From NCBI GenBank assembly GCA_029250665.1, contig JAQXEV010000006.1, forward strand, positions 1 to 44,755: DNA of 44,755 nucleotides, given 5' to 3'. Position 1 is the stretch's first letter. Every line of letters begins with the position of its first letter. Made by a program: the position numbers and the translations under genes. The notes under the pieces are model-generated. The model had not been told where the DNA came from, did no database searches, and worked only from the letters and a program-made list of their open reading frames with translations. Below are positions 44,669 through 44,755 of this stretch, in pieces. Origin of the DNA: Candidatus Thalassarchaeaceae archaeon. GTDB lineage: Archaea; Thermoplasmatota; Poseidoniia; Poseidoniales; Thalassarchaeaceae.

Positions 44669-44755
44669 AATCCGGTTGATCCTGCCGGAGGCTACCGCTA
44701 TTGGAGTTCGATTAAGCCATGCGAGTCGAGAGTCTTAGGGACTCGGCGTACCGCT
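44669..44755 (+). rRNA. rrs: 16S rRNA 5' end (archaeal; truncated by the window end)
   Basis: TCCGGTTGATCCTGCCGGAG...TAAGCCATGCGAGTCGA, the canonical archaeal SSU 5' sequence. Confidence 0.97.

Overview
This window is an archaeal chromosomal segment. Gene content, Thermoplasmata-type SecY, GGTGA/GGAGG Shine-Dalgarno (SD) sites, the protein C-terminal motifs and an archaeal 16S 5' end directly behind the S10-spc ribosomal protein superoperon point to a Marine Group II (Poseidoniales) euryarchaeote; this assignment is inference. In order it holds: an MFS transporter, a three-gene split glutamate synthase-like operon, a D-amino acid oxidase, a stand-alone TFB-type Zn-ribbon gene, a PrsW protease, DUF92, a Cys-less thioredoxin-fold membrane protein, tRNA-Trp with a self-guiding box C/D intron, a membrane-anchored subtilase, an aminotransferase, membrane and surface proteins, the thermosome, a ferredoxin-flavodoxin-SdhB-like fusion with an SdhE/HdrB-like partner, Hef, the complete rpl3-secY operon and the start of 16S rRNA. 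The strongest candidates for new biology are: (1) the SdhB/SdhE-like pair, which has lost nearly all Fe-S cysteine ligands while carrying intact ferredoxin and flavodoxin domains; (2) a ~210-nt multi-helix leader RNA before rpl3 with SD-sequestering pairings; (3) SecY with ~4 extra N-terminal TM helices; (4) a catalytically degenerate FMN-barrel paralog in the glutamate synthase operon, whose TATA box lies inside a perfect palindrome. No mobile element or CRISPR array was seen. All family calls come from motif recognition by eye, not database searches.
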